A stretch of 62,397 nucleotides of DNA, filler included. It is 4 parts of 4 records of this genome, joined end to end, with 100 filler letters (N's around TTAATTAATTAA, not from the genome) between each part and the next. Parts side by side here need not be neighbours in the genome. Positions count along the whole stretch, not along the records: positions 52,825 to 62,397 come from SRR31156797_170; 3 more parts are not named here. One strand, 5' to 3'. Position numbers and translations under genes: made by a program. The notes under the pieces are model-generated. The model made no database searches and had not been told where the DNA came from. It saw only the letters and a program-made list of their open reading frames with translations. Below, in pieces: positions 52,725 to 62,397 of the stretch. Numbering within the stretch: position 1 is the stretch's first letter; each line of letters begins with the position of its first letter.

Positions 52725-52824
52725 NNNNNNNNNNNNNNNNNNNNNNNNNNNNNNNNNNNNNNNNNNNNTTAATTAATTAANNNNNNNNNNNNNNNNNNNN
52801 NNNNNNNNNNNNNNNNNNNNNNNN
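52725..52824. other. Artificial contig linker
   Basis: N44-TTAATTAATTAA-N44. Confidence 0.98.
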
Positions 52825-52899
52825 ATTTTTGTAATTTTTCGAGCATCCACGAAAAACTATCAAATCAAAGATTTGTGTTTTTCGGGACTTGAAACTAAA

Positions 52900-54846
52900 T
52901 TATTCGTCTGAGCAGAATCTCTTAATGACACTATAAGCTTCTTTGATTCCCATTTCTCCGGCTTTACTAATGTCAAGGCAACCTTTTTCTGTTTCTTTTA
53001 GGAATATTAAGGTAAGACCTCTATTATAATATGCCTCAGGCAATTGATCTATTTCTATGGCTTTGGTATAATCTTCAATTCCTTTTTTGAAACTGCGTTC
53101 TTTGCAATACATATTACCTCGGTTATAATAAGCCAAACTAAAAGTTGGATTAAGTTCAATACTTTTAGATAAATCAACAATTGCATCACTGTAATCCAGA
53201 TCCATTCCATCAGCTGTTGTATTACTTATGGCACTCACATCAGCATTCAAACGTATTTGAGTATTGAAATCATCCATTGATCCCATATATTCTCTCATCT
53301 GGGCTTTTATGGTCCCAATAATAAAGAACCGTTTCCAATCTGCATATTCTTGATCGAGGGCTTTAATACCCTTATAATAGTTACTCCTCAAACTTTGTTC
53401 AATGGCATAACTATATTTCTCATAATCAGAACTTGAATACATTATAGAATCTGGAGCATCAGGAATATATAACAACTTTGCACTGTCACTCTGCCATTGT
53501 TCCGGAATCCATTTCCAGTTATCTCTGCTTCTTTTCTCTGCTTCGAAAAGTGCAGAAATAAATTGAAGATTCTCCGGGTTATAGTCTTTAGGAGCTGGTG
53601 CAATAATGAAGTTATTTTTAAGTGTAATCTCCACATCCATATTTTTAGGATTATCACGCGTAAAATCATTATTGAACTCTGAATTAAAGTCAACTAACTG
53701 AGCTAAATTTCTGGATGTATCTCTAAAAGCCTCGTAAGTTGTATCGTTGTGTGTCTTTTTGTACTCGGCAATTATCTTCTCTGCTTTTTGCCTGTCAAAA
53801 AAGGCTTGTTTTTCCTGACCCAACTTCTGTCTAACAATAGACCGATTGATATATGCTGTGGCAAAATCAGGGAAAATATCGATGGCCTTATTATAATCTT
53901 CCAGCGCGCCCTCTAAATCACCAATTTCAATTTTTACTCCTGCCCGATTATAAAAAACCAAAACATTATCGGGGTTTAACTGTGAAACACGATCATAATC
54001 TTCAATGGCATCATTATACTTACCAATCTCAGATTTCAATAGCCCGCGGTTATATATGGCCAATGCATTTTTTGGTTCAAGTGTAATTACAGTATTATAG
54101 TCTTCTAAAGCTCCTTCATAATCTGCTTTTTTGTACTTGGCTAATGCCCTTTGATAAACTACCAGACTATTACCCGGATCTAATCTTAAAGCGCGATTAT
54201 AATCTTCTATAGAAAATTTATAATCCCCTTGTAAATAGAATATTAAACCGCGTCTCCTGAATGCTTCATGGTTATATGGGTTTAGCTTAACACTTTTGTT
54301 CAAGTCCTTTAATGCTGCAGCAGTATCTTTTAACTCCAAAAAAGCAATCGCACGATTCATATAAGCACTGGGCAAGTTCGCATCTATCCGAATAGCTTCA
54401 TTGAAATCATTTCTAGCTTCAGCAAATTTATCATTGAGCAAAAATGTCAATCCTCGATGTACATAAACGAGCGCCTCTGTAGGATCCATCAACAATGCCT
54501 CTTTAAAATCGCTCATAGCATCATTAAAGTCATTTAATTGCTGTTTAGTTAAGCCACGATAATGATATGCTTCTGCATAAAAAGGATTAATGTGTATGGC
54601 CTGACTAAAATCCTCCCTGGCTCCTAAATAATCACCTAAATTGTATTTAGCAATTCCTCTCAAAAAATACGCCTGATCAAATTTCGGCTTCACTTCTATT
54701 ATTCGTGTAAAACGGTTAATTGCTTCAGTATAATCACTTTCCATTAACGCTGTTTTACCACGACCAATAAAATATTTGATGTTTAACTGAGCTGATAAAG
54801 TGATAGTCAATAATATAAATATGAATAGAAATGAAAGTTTCTTCAT
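52900..54846 (-). CDS. Secreted tetratricopeptide-repeat protein
   Basis: Signal peptide MKKLSFLFIF... at ATG 54846; many AY.NRG...A..DY..AI...P repeats. Confidence 0.9.
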   Translation of the reverse strand: MKKLSFLFIFILLTITLSAQLNIKYFIGRGKTALMESDYTEAINRFTRIIEVKPKFDQAYFLRGIAKYNLGDYLGAREDFSQAIHINPFYAEAYHYRGLTKQQLNDFNDAMSDFKEALLMDPTEALVYVHRGLTFLLNDKFAEARNDFNEAIRIDANLPSAYMNRAIAFLELKDTAAALKDLNKSVKLNPYNHEAFRRRGLIFYLQGDYKFSIEDYNRALRLDPGNSLVVYQRALAKYKKADYEGALEDYNTVITLEPKNALAIYNRGLLKSEIGKYNDAIEDYDRVSQLNPDNVLVFYNRAGVKIEIGDLEGALEDYNKAIDIFPDFATAYINRSIVRQKLGQEKQAFFDRQKAEKIIAEYKKTHNDTTYEAFRDTSRNLAQLVDFNSEFNNDFTRDNPKNMDVEITLKNNFIIAPAPKDYNPENLQFISALFEAEKRSRDNWKWIPEQWQSDSAKLLYIPDAPDSIMYSSSDYEKYSYAIEQSLRSNYYKGIKALDQEYADWKRFFIIGTIKAQMREYMGSMDDFNTQIRLNADVSAISNTTADGMDLDYSDAIVDLSKSIELNPTFSLAYYNRGNMYCKERSFKKGIEDYTKAIEIDQLPEAYYNRGLTLIFLKETEKGCLDISKAGEMGIKEAYSVIKRFCSDE

Positions 54847-54928
54847 GAGATGATTTGATATTTGTTGTACTTTATAGACTATATATTTTACCTTTAGGTT
54901 TAAATTCACCCAATAAAAACGCAAGATA

Positions 54929-56023
54929 ATGAATTTTATTCCGCTCACTTTTTTTTCCTTTTCGTTTTTTATATTGGGTGTATATGGAGTAATAATTTTT
55001 AAAGCATTGCATGGATTAAAAAAAATCAGATGCAATACACTTCCCTTAGGCAGCGATACTTCAATTGAAGTAATTATACCATATCATAATGAGATTGAGC
55101 ATTTACCTCATTTAATTCAAAGCCTCGCAGCTCAAACTCATAAAAACTATCGTGTTATTTGGGTCAATGATCATTCAAATGATGGTAGTGAAAAGTATAT
55201 TCAAGAAAATAACAAAAGAGAAACTGATCTATTTATTCAATCTCCTAAACGAGGAAAAAAAGCTGCCATCAATCATGCTATAAAATCATCAAATGCTGAG
55301 TTAATTGTTTTTACAGATGCTGATTGTCAGCACCACCCGGATTGGTTATCACATTATGCGACTGTCTACGACAAATCTGGAAATGGGTTGTATTTTGGAT
55401 CAGTTACCTATGAGACCCGATCGTTTATCCAGCAAGTATTTGCAGTAGAGTTTCTATCTTTAATGGGTACCGGAATGGGATTGGCTGGTGCAGGTCATCC
55501 CGTTTTCATGAATGGCGCCAATTATGCCATTTCAAGCGACTTAATCAAATCCAATGACACTAAAGACGGACAAAAATTCGCCAGTGGAGATGATGTTTTT
55601 TTATTGCATCAAATTAAAAAGAAATCTGGTAGTTCAAATATTTACCCTCTCATCAACGAGGAAGTTAACGTGAAAACCCCGGCGCCTCATAATTTAAAGT
55701 CATTCATTAATCAGAGAATTCGATGGGGAAGTAAATCCAGGGGGTACAAAGATTTATTTTCAATTCTGCTCGCGCTAGTTGTATTTATGCTTGCATTATG
55801 TCAGGTCAGTTCATTTGCTTTTATTGAGTTTATTTGGTTTGCAAGCATCCTATGGATATTAAAAATAATTATTGATTTTTTGGCCATTTGTAGATACCAA
55901 AAGATATGGAGGCAGAATCAGTTGATTATTTCATTTCTTTTATTGGCTGCCGTTTACCCTTTTTACATCATATTTACCTCGATGACTGGTTTATTTACAA
56001 AAAAACAAAAGTGGTATAAATAA
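54929..56023 (+). CDS. GT2-family glycosyltransferase, membrane-anchored
   Basis: VIIPYHNE, NDHSND, FTDADC, SGDD and QRIRW motifs; C-terminal TM helices. Confidence 0.9.
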   Translation: MNFIPLTFFSFSFFILGVYGVIIFKALHGLKKIRCNTLPLGSDTSIEVIIPYHNEIEHLPHLIQSLAAQTHKNYRVIWVNDHSNDGSEKYIQENNKRETDLFIQSPKRGKKAAINHAIKSSNAELIVFTDADCQHHPDWLSHYATVYDKSGNGLYFGSVTYETRSFIQQVFAVEFLSLMGTGMGLAGAGHPVFMNGANYAISSDLIKSNDTKDGQKFASGDDVFLLHQIKKKSGSSNIYPLINEEVNVKTPAPHNLKSFINQRIRWGSKSRGYKDLFSILLALVVFMLALCQVSSFAFIEFIWFASILWILKIIIDFLAICRYQKIWRQNQLIISFLLLAAVYPFYIIFTSMTGLFTKKQKWYK

Positions 56024-56079
56024 TGGTAATAGCTTTTACTGCACTGCGTAAATAAAGTTTCTATTTTTCCTGATGTATG

Positions 56080-57585
56080 TTAGAAATAAAGATATCTGTG
56101 GCAATCAGTACAATTTGCTTCTTTCCAGGCTTCATCAATGTTAACCGGATGTTTAAACTCTAGTGATTCTCTGTGTTTTCCAATCTCATATTTTCCTGGC
56201 ACGCCTTGTAGTAAAATTGAGTGGCACATATTGCAATCCTTCGAAATGCGCTTACCTTCATTTGATACGTGATTATTGTCATGACATCTGAAGCATCCAT
56301 TATATTCCAAATGACCAATATGATCTGGATATGCATCCCAGTTAGCCTTCATTTCAGGAAACATATTTTTACTGAAGCTCTTAATAGTTCCAGCAATTGC
56401 AGTTTCAATTAACTCATACTTTTCTGCGTAAATGACCGGATAATTATCCTTATAAAAATTTAAGATTCTATCCTCTATAACCACTTTAGCAGTGTCTCTT
56501 GTATTAAATTGCTCATTAAAAAGAATATCCATTGTAACCCTCTTAATTTCAGGCAATTCTTTTGGGATTAGTCCTCCTGCAATAGCATTATCAATGAATA
56601 ATTGCGGCACTAAAAACTTATGCGAAGGCCGATTATGACAATCCATACAGTCCATTTTTCTAATCTCAGCCACAGCCTTTACAGAATCTTCTATAGGCTC
56701 CCACTCATTCTCATAAATAATAGTATCGCCTGTCTCAAGATTTATATATCGTATCCAGGGCAGAAACTCACGTTTCTCATCACTGGCTATATACTCAATT
56801 TTAACATTTTCATTATTGTGCCAATGTATTCCTTTCTGATTCACAAATGCAGTATGCTCAGCACCAATTTTCATGTTGAGGTGAATATCCCATTCCGTAT
56901 TGACTGAATCTGCCAAAAAATGCTTTTCATAACGTAACTGACTTGAGTAAAACTTTTGAGGCCAATGGCACTGTTCACATGTTTCACGAGCAGGTCTCAG
57001 GTGCTTAATAGGTGTTTGAATTGGTTTTGGGTATTTCTTGGCTATAACTGAATAAACCTGATAGGCACCAGATAATTTTGATTTCACATACCATCCGGCA
57101 CCTTCTCCAACATGACATTCGGTACAAGTAACCCTTGCATGAGGTGAGCCTTGATACGTAGTATATTCTGGTTCCATTACAGTATGGCAAACTGTTCCGC
57201 AAAACTCCACTGATTCTGTAATATGAAATGCCTGATAACTTCCCACCGCTGATAATACAAGAAAAAGCAATGTTCCAAAAACAAAAATAACAGATGCAAC
57301 ACGTGTGCGAGGATTATTAAAATCAATAACTCTCCATCGCAATGGATCATGATTATCATCTCTGGCAAATCGCCTGGCTGTTTTAAACATTCCTATTGGA
57401 ATAAAAATTAACCCAAAAACTAAAAAAACAGGAAGGACCATATACATTAAAATGCCAATATAGGCACCCCCTACATCAAAGAAATAGGTAAGAATAAACA
57501 GGAATGCAAAAATTGCCAATGCGGTAATACTTAGAATTGCACCTAGTAGTGAAATCTTATTGAAAAAAGTTTTAGGTAATTTCAT
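56080..57585 (-). CDS. NapC/NirT-family membrane multiheme cytochrome c (ImcH-like)
   Basis: Three N-terminal TM helices; TESVEFCGTVCH (CxxxCH) plus six CxxCH motifs, seven hemes in total. Confidence 0.85.
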   Translation of the reverse strand: MKLPKTFFNKISLLGAILSITALAIFAFLFILTYFFDVGGAYIGILMYMVLPVFLVFGLIFIPIGMFKTARRFARDDNHDPLRWRVIDFNNPRTRVASVIFVFGTLLFLVLSAVGSYQAFHITESVEFCGTVCHTVMEPEYTTYQGSPHARVTCTECHVGEGAGWYVKSKLSGAYQVYSVIAKKYPKPIQTPIKHLRPARETCEQCHWPQKFYSSQLRYEKHFLADSVNTEWDIHLNMKIGAEHTAFVNQKGIHWHNNENVKIEYIASDEKREFLPWIRYINLETGDTIIYENEWEPIEDSVKAVAEIRKMDCMDCHNRPSHKFLVPQLFIDNAIAGGLIPKELPEIKRVTMDILFNEQFNTRDTAKVVIEDRILNFYKDNYPVIYAEKYELIETAIAGTIKSFSKNMFPEMKANWDAYPDHIGHLEYNGCFRCHDNNHVSNEGKRISKDCNMCHSILLQGVPGKYEIGKHRESLEFKHPVNIDEAWKEANCTDCHRYLYF

Positions 57586-57613
57586 CTGTTTATCTTTAAT
57601 TTAAACAAAAGCC

Positions 57614-57645
57614 AAAAAAAAGGATGATTGTTGTCAATCATCCTT
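57614..57645 (-). terminator. Terminator-like hairpin between the cytochrome b and ImcH-like genes
   Basis: AAGGATGATTG-TTGT-CAATCATCCTT with a T-run following on the minus strand. Confidence 0.7.
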
Positions 57646-57658
57646 GAGTATCTAATTA

Positions 57659-58279
57659 CTATTCATGTTCGTGATATCCAGTGATAATACTTTTATAATT
57701 TTTTAATGGATGTTTACCTACAGAGGCAACATATAGATGGATAACTAGAAAAAGAGAAATGAAATACCCAACTATTGCATGCAGCATAGCTGTTAATTGA
57801 ATCCCATTAACATCAAATACTTCATTTACTATAATTTCAGGAAATAGAAGGGCCAGTCCTGTTATAATAACTAGCGGCATCAGGATATACATCGTAACTG
57901 TGTATGAAATACGTTGCAGTGGATTAAACTTATTCTCTTCACTTATTGGAAATGGTTTTGGTTCACCTTTAAAATATCCAAACATATAATATTTTGCTTG
58001 AAGAATTAATCGTTTCATGAGCCCCTTCAACTTCATCCTGTACTGTAATCCATTCTGAAACAATCGATTAAACGCGAAGAAAAACAAGTAGCTGATTACG
58101 GCAATTACTCCAAAAATGTTATGCAAAGTAATAGAAAGGTCAAATGCCATGAATGGATACTCCATGTCTGCATAATGAAGACTCACACCAGTCACAATTA
58201 ACATAATAATACATATAGCATTAACTCCATGCCAAATACGTAACCAAACCGGATATAAATACATTTTCTTACTTTCCAT
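57659..58279 (-). CDS. Di-heme cytochrome b, 4 TM (CbcB/PhsC-like)
   Basis: RIWHGVNA, LHNIFG, KFNPLQR and LH...HLY heme-b ligands. Confidence 0.85.
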   Translation of the reverse strand: MESKKMYLYPVWLRIWHGVNAICIIMLIVTGVSLHYADMEYPFMAFDLSITLHNIFGVIAVISYLFFFAFNRLFQNGLQYRMKLKGLMKRLILQAKYYMFGYFKGEPKPFPISEENKFNPLQRISYTVTMYILMPLVIITGLALLFPEIIVNEVFDVNGIQLTAMLHAIVGYFISLFLVIHLYVASVGKHPLKNYKSIITGYHEHE

Positions 58280-58281
58280 AA

Positions 58282-59205
58282 TTACTTTCTTTTTATAATT
58301 CGCATTATAATATGTATAAAAATACCACCAAATGTTAGGGCAAAAATTAACAAACTTATGTTATTTAAATACTTGTTTCTATTTGCTCCAATTATATAAG
58401 CATCATTCAATATCAGATCATTGTAAAAACCAATACCACGATCCTTAATTTTTTCATATTTGTATAGCTTATTACTTAACATTGAATTCGTTGAATGACA
58501 TTCGACACATTTACGAACTGCCTGTTCCTTAGGAACAATATGGTGCAATGCTTCAGAGGTATCTGTAACAGCTGTGTGGCAATCAATACAGCGAACATGT
58601 TCAAAGTGCAACGCTTGATTGGGTAGCCAGTCATGTGTTTTTAGAATTTGAGGATTTTCATGGGCCGACAACATTTCGTACTTATCCTTGTCATTATGAC
58701 AATTCAAGCAACGGTTGTTGTTGTATTGTATTAACTCCGACATTTTAGAATTGACAATTTTATTGGAGTGTGGATCATGGCACAATTCACATTGAAACCG
58801 ATCCCCAAAGGCTTCATAATGAACGCTCTTTTGAACTTCCTCGTTTATTGTTTCAAAATCATGACAAAGCGTGCAACTCATTTTAGGCTCCAACTTCAAT
58901 TCGGCCATATGTGGATATGTTTCATATTCTGCCGAATGACAGTCTGTGCAATAATGATTTTTGTGCTCTCCCAATAAATAGCTTACTGAATCAATAACAA
59001 AATAGGGATTCATTAATTTTCGTTCAGTAATTTCAGCAACTTCATTATAAAATGAATAATACTTGTTCCCGTGGCATTGGAAACAGTGCCTGTTTTCTTG
59101 TGACATTTCCGCCTTTTCTTCTTCATCCTGTGCTTTTACCAAAGCGCTCTGACAGAAAGCAATGGAAAAGAATAGTAAAGGAAAAATTAATTTTTTCATA
59201 TTCAT
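58282..59205 (-). CDS. Heptaheme cytochrome c with C-terminal membrane anchor (CbcA-like)
   Basis: Signal peptide, seven CxxCH motifs, HDWLPNQALH, C-terminal TM containing a His; ends 2 bp before the cytochrome b gene. Confidence 0.85.
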   Translation of the reverse strand: MNMKKLIFPLLFFSIAFCQSALVKAQDEEEKAEMSQENRHCFQCHGNKYYSFYNEVAEITERKLMNPYFVIDSVSYLLGEHKNHYCTDCHSAEYETYPHMAELKLEPKMSCTLCHDFETINEEVQKSVHYEAFGDRFQCELCHDPHSNKIVNSKMSELIQYNNNRCLNCHNDKDKYEMLSAHENPQILKTHDWLPNQALHFEHVRCIDCHTAVTDTSEALHHIVPKEQAVRKCVECHSTNSMLSNKLYKYEKIKDRGIGFYNDLILNDAYIIGANRNKYLNNISLLIFALTFGGIFIHIIMRIIKRK

Positions 59206-59292
59206 ATTAATGCTGTTTAAAAATGAAATTTTGACTACGATATATACAAATAGATTTTAACGATTTATTAAGATAAAGATAAGGGCAATTCA

Positions 59293-59341
59293 GTCAATAT
59301 AAATTGACATTAAAAACAGTGAGAATTGATTTTTCTCAATT
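59293..59341. promoter_or_regulatory. Dyad sites in the divergent cytochrome promoter, one FNR/CRP-like
   Basis: GTCAAT-ATAA-ATTGAC (59293-59308) and TTGAT-TTTT-CTCAA (59326-59339). Confidence 0.5.
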
Positions 59342-59501
59342 AAAAAATGAAAATTAAACAACTATAAAGGTGATGAGTATTTAATATATTGCTAATCAAA
59401 ATCAAGGACGTAACTATATTAAAATCAGCTATTTAGTAATTCAAAAATTTGACGAATACATTAAAATAAAATATCTTTATGAAAACTTAAAAGCTAAAAA
59501 A

Positions 59502-62297
59502 ATGAATATAAAATCAACAAGATTATGCTTTAGTGCATTGCTGATTTTTTCCTTTCTTATACAGTTTAATCTACTTTACGGACAATCAGATGAGGATTGT
59601 TTTATGTGCCACGAAGACAAAGAACTGGTTGGAGTTATTAATGGCGTTCAGAAATCAATGTTTATAAGGAAAGATGTGTTGAAAGGTTCAGTTCACGAGG
59701 GTGTCGATTGTGCCTTTTGCCATGCTGATGCGGGAGATGGTGATTTTCCTCATGAAGAAGACCTGAAACCTGTTAATTGCGGAGATTGCCATGACGAAGC
59801 AGATAGAGATTTCTATAAAGGCATTCACGGACAGGCTTTAGCTCTAGGTGAGAGATATGCACCTACATGTAAAGAATGCCATGGAACTCACCAGATATTG
59901 CCACCCTCTAATCCCAAGTCTTTAACTTACAAAATGAATATTCCCGTATTATGCGGAAAATGTCATAAAGAAGGGGCACCTGTTGCAAGAGCTTACAATA
60001 TTTCAGAACATAATATTATAGAAAACTACAGTCAGGGAATTCACGGAAAAGGACTTTTTAAAAGTGGGTTGATTGTAACGGCCACTTGTAATAATTGTCA
60101 TGGCAATCACCTGATATTACCACATACAAGTCCAAATTCAAGCATATATGTAAATAACATAGCTAAAACTTGTATGCAATGTCACGCCCGAATTGAAGAT
60201 GTTCATACAAAAGTTATTAAAGGTGAACTTTGGGAAAAAGCACCTGGAGCAATACCTGCATGCACAGATTGCCACCGCCCCCATAGAGTGGATCCGGAAA
60301 ATGTTGCAGCAACGATGTCTAACAATTCATGTATGAAATGTCATGGCAATGAGGATGTTCATAAAATGGTAGAAGGAGAAAAAATCTCATTAAAAGTAGA
60401 TGAAGGAGAGTTACATAAGTCTGAACACAAGAACATTACTTGTGTAAAATGTCATACTGATGTTACACCTCACCTAGAAAGACCATGTGAAACAGTTACT
60501 AGAGTTGATTGTGATAACTGTCATAACGAAGTTTCAACCAGGTACTTTGCCAGTGGACATGGCCAGGCATATTTTAAGAAAGACGAAAGTGCACCATACT
60601 GTACAGATTGTCATGGTACCCATTTTGTTCAATCCAGGTACGATGATACATCACCGACCTACCGAACAGCCATTCCGAGTTTATGTGGTAAATGCCACCA
60701 AAAAGACAATAAAGCGATAGAAGGCAAAGGATTAAAACAGGTAAATGCGCTGGCTGATTATTCGTCCAGTGTGCATGGCAAAGGAGTTATAGAAAAAGGC
60801 TTAACCGTTAGTGCTGTTTGCACCGATTGTCATACTACACACTATGCCCTTAAAGAAACTGATCCAAATTCATCAGTTCATCCTAACAATATTCCCGGAA
60901 CTTGCGCTAAATGCCATAAAGGAATTTATGATGAATATATTGCCAGTGATCATGATATATCGCATAATGTGGAAGGAGAAAAAGAATACCCTACATGCGC
61001 TGTGTGTCACTCATCACATACAATAACGGAAATTGATGATGATGCGTTCATGTCCGAGATCAACCATCAGTGTGGTAGTTGTCACGAAAAACTTACTAAA
61101 TCGTACATGGAAACATACCATGGTAAAGCCTATGCATTAGGTTATGAAGAATCAGCAAAATGTTCTGATTGCCATGGAGCACATAAAATACTAAACGTGC
61201 GTAACCCAGAATCAATGGTAAGTAAAGAAAATATATTGGCCACATGTATGCAGTGCCATCCAGATGCCAACGAAAGATTTACAGGCTTTTTAACCCATGC
61301 AACGCATGATAATCGCGACGAATATCCTGTACTATATTATACTTTCTGGGGAATGACTTTCTTACTGATAGGTGTATTTGCTTTCTTTGGAATCCACACA
61401 CTGTTGTGGCTACCAAGATCATTAAAAGAAAGAAAAAAGCGTAAACATCTTCACCATCCTAAAGGTAAAGCCGTTTATATTCGTAGATTTAAAACAAGGC
61501 ACAGAGTAACCCATATATTCGTAATTATTAGTTTCGTTATCCTTGCTCTAACAGGTATGATGCTCAAGTTTGCTCATATGGAATGGGCTAAAACACTATC
61601 CGATTTAATAGGTGGAGTAAAAGCCGCTGGTAACTGGCACCGATTTGCGGCCGTAATTACATTTGGTTATTTCATCTTCCACCTAACTATGATCATTTCT
61701 GCCAAATTTAAAAAGAAGATTAAAGTAAAGGATTTCATCTTTAGCGGATCATCATTAATGTTTAACAGGCAGGACTTTAGAGACTTTTGGGCTACTATTA
61801 AATGGTTCGTAGGCAAAGGACCAAAACCACAATATGGACGCTGGACTTACTGGGAAAAATTTGACTATATGGCTGTATTCTGGGGTGTTGCAGTCATTGG
61901 ATTGTCAGGACTAATCCTATGGTTCCCAGAGCACTTTACTAAATTCTTACCCGGATGGCTTATTAATGTCGCCATGATTATACATAGTGACGAGGCCTTA
62001 TTGGCAGTTGGATTTATATTTACTATCCATTTCTTTAATACCCACTTCAGACCAGAAGCATTTCCTATGGATACTGTAATATTTACAGGTCATTTACCTG
62101 AAGAGATTTACAAAGAGGACAGACCTAAGGAGTATGAAGAATTGGTGAGAACAGGTAAAATATCTGAAGTAAAAGTTGAAAAAGAATTTTCTAAGACCAG
62201 GATGCAAGTGATCAAAATCTTTGGATTCCTTGCTTTATCCATTGGCTTTATTCTGACACTGCTAATTATCTATTCGTTATTATTCGGATCACATTAA
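59502..62297 (+). CDS. 19-heme cytochrome c fused to a cytochrome b domain (expanded CbcL-like)
   Basis: Signal peptide; 19 CxxCH motifs counted; C-terminal TM domain with HRVTH, WHR, RWTYWEKFDYMAVFWG, IHSDEALLA and HFFNTH. Confidence 0.9.
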   Translation: MNIKSTRLCFSALLIFSFLIQFNLLYGQSDEDCFMCHEDKELVGVINGVQKSMFIRKDVLKGSVHEGVDCAFCHADAGDGDFPHEEDLKPVNCGDCHDEADRDFYKGIHGQALALGERYAPTCKECHGTHQILPPSNPKSLTYKMNIPVLCGKCHKEGAPVARAYNISEHNIIENYSQGIHGKGLFKSGLIVTATCNNCHGNHLILPHTSPNSSIYVNNIAKTCMQCHARIEDVHTKVIKGELWEKAPGAIPACTDCHRPHRVDPENVAATMSNNSCMKCHGNEDVHKMVEGEKISLKVDEGELHKSEHKNITCVKCHTDVTPHLERPCETVTRVDCDNCHNEVSTRYFASGHGQAYFKKDESAPYCTDCHGTHFVQSRYDDTSPTYRTAIPSLCGKCHQKDNKAIEGKGLKQVNALADYSSSVHGKGVIEKGLTVSAVCTDCHTTHYALKETDPNSSVHPNNIPGTCAKCHKGIYDEYIASDHDISHNVEGEKEYPTCAVCHSSHTITEIDDDAFMSEINHQCGSCHEKLTKSYMETYHGKAYALGYEESAKCSDCHGAHKILNVRNPESMVSKENILATCMQCHPDANERFTGFLTHATHDNRDEYPVLYYTFWGMTFLLIGVFAFFGIHTLLWLPRSLKERKKRKHLHHPKGKAVYIRRFKTRHRVTHIFVIISFVILALTGMMLKFAHMEWAKTLSDLIGGVKAAGNWHRFAAVITFGYFIFHLTMIISAKFKKKIKVKDFIFSGSSLMFNRQDFRDFWATIKWFVGKGPKPQYGRWTYWEKFDYMAVFWGVAVIGLSGLILWFPEHFTKFLPGWLINVAMIIHSDEALLAVGFIFTIHFFNTHFRPEAFPMDTVIFTGHLPEEIYKEDRPKEYEELVRTGKISEVKVEKEFSKTRMQVIKIFGFLALSIGFILTLLIIYSLLFGSH

Positions 62298-62397
62298 TTA
62301 AATAACGTGAGTTCGACATAAATTATGAAACCAGAACGCTTGTAGGTTGTAAGTTTTGAATGGGAATTATGAAGACATAGCGGGCTATTTCGAGTAA

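Noticed and set aside
54847-55035. N-terminal extension of the TPR ORF to 711 aa
   Set aside because: It overlaps the divergent GT2 gene; a clean signal peptide starts at ATG 54846.

Overview
The window is not one continuous locus. It is four contigs joined by three identical 100-bp artificial linkers (N44-TTAATTAATTAA-N44 at 29569-29668, 42224-42323 and 52725-52824). Contig 1 (1-29568) is Vibrionaceae-like metabolic DNA: a beta-glucoside PTS/GH1 regulon (one GH1 carries a premature stop), a diguanylate cyclase, a LysR/ABC/dgcN-dgcA D-amino-acid locus, eptA-dgkA, and an arginine succinyltransferase operon lacking astD. Contigs 2-4 look Bacteroidota (Marinilabiliales-like by inference). Contig 2 has kamA, exbB-exbD-exbD-tonB, tamB, tsaD and a compact RiPP-like cassette (PqqD/RRE, YxxP peptide, HprK-like kinase, S24/S26 peptidase). 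Contig 3 is an AT-rich putative defence island downstream of tRNA-Gly/tRNA-Leu. It holds a retron-type reverse transcriptase fused to a HEPN-like domain with a recognisable msr-msd ncRNA upstream, an Mrr-STAND NTPase, a stand-alone HEPN-like gene, a nuclease plus two paralogous small genes, and repeated att-like sequences. Contig 4 has TPR and GT2 genes and a multiheme cytochrome cluster resembling Geobacter ImcH, CbcBA and an expanded 19-heme CbcL. All calls are from motif reading by eye; no searches or folding programs were run.
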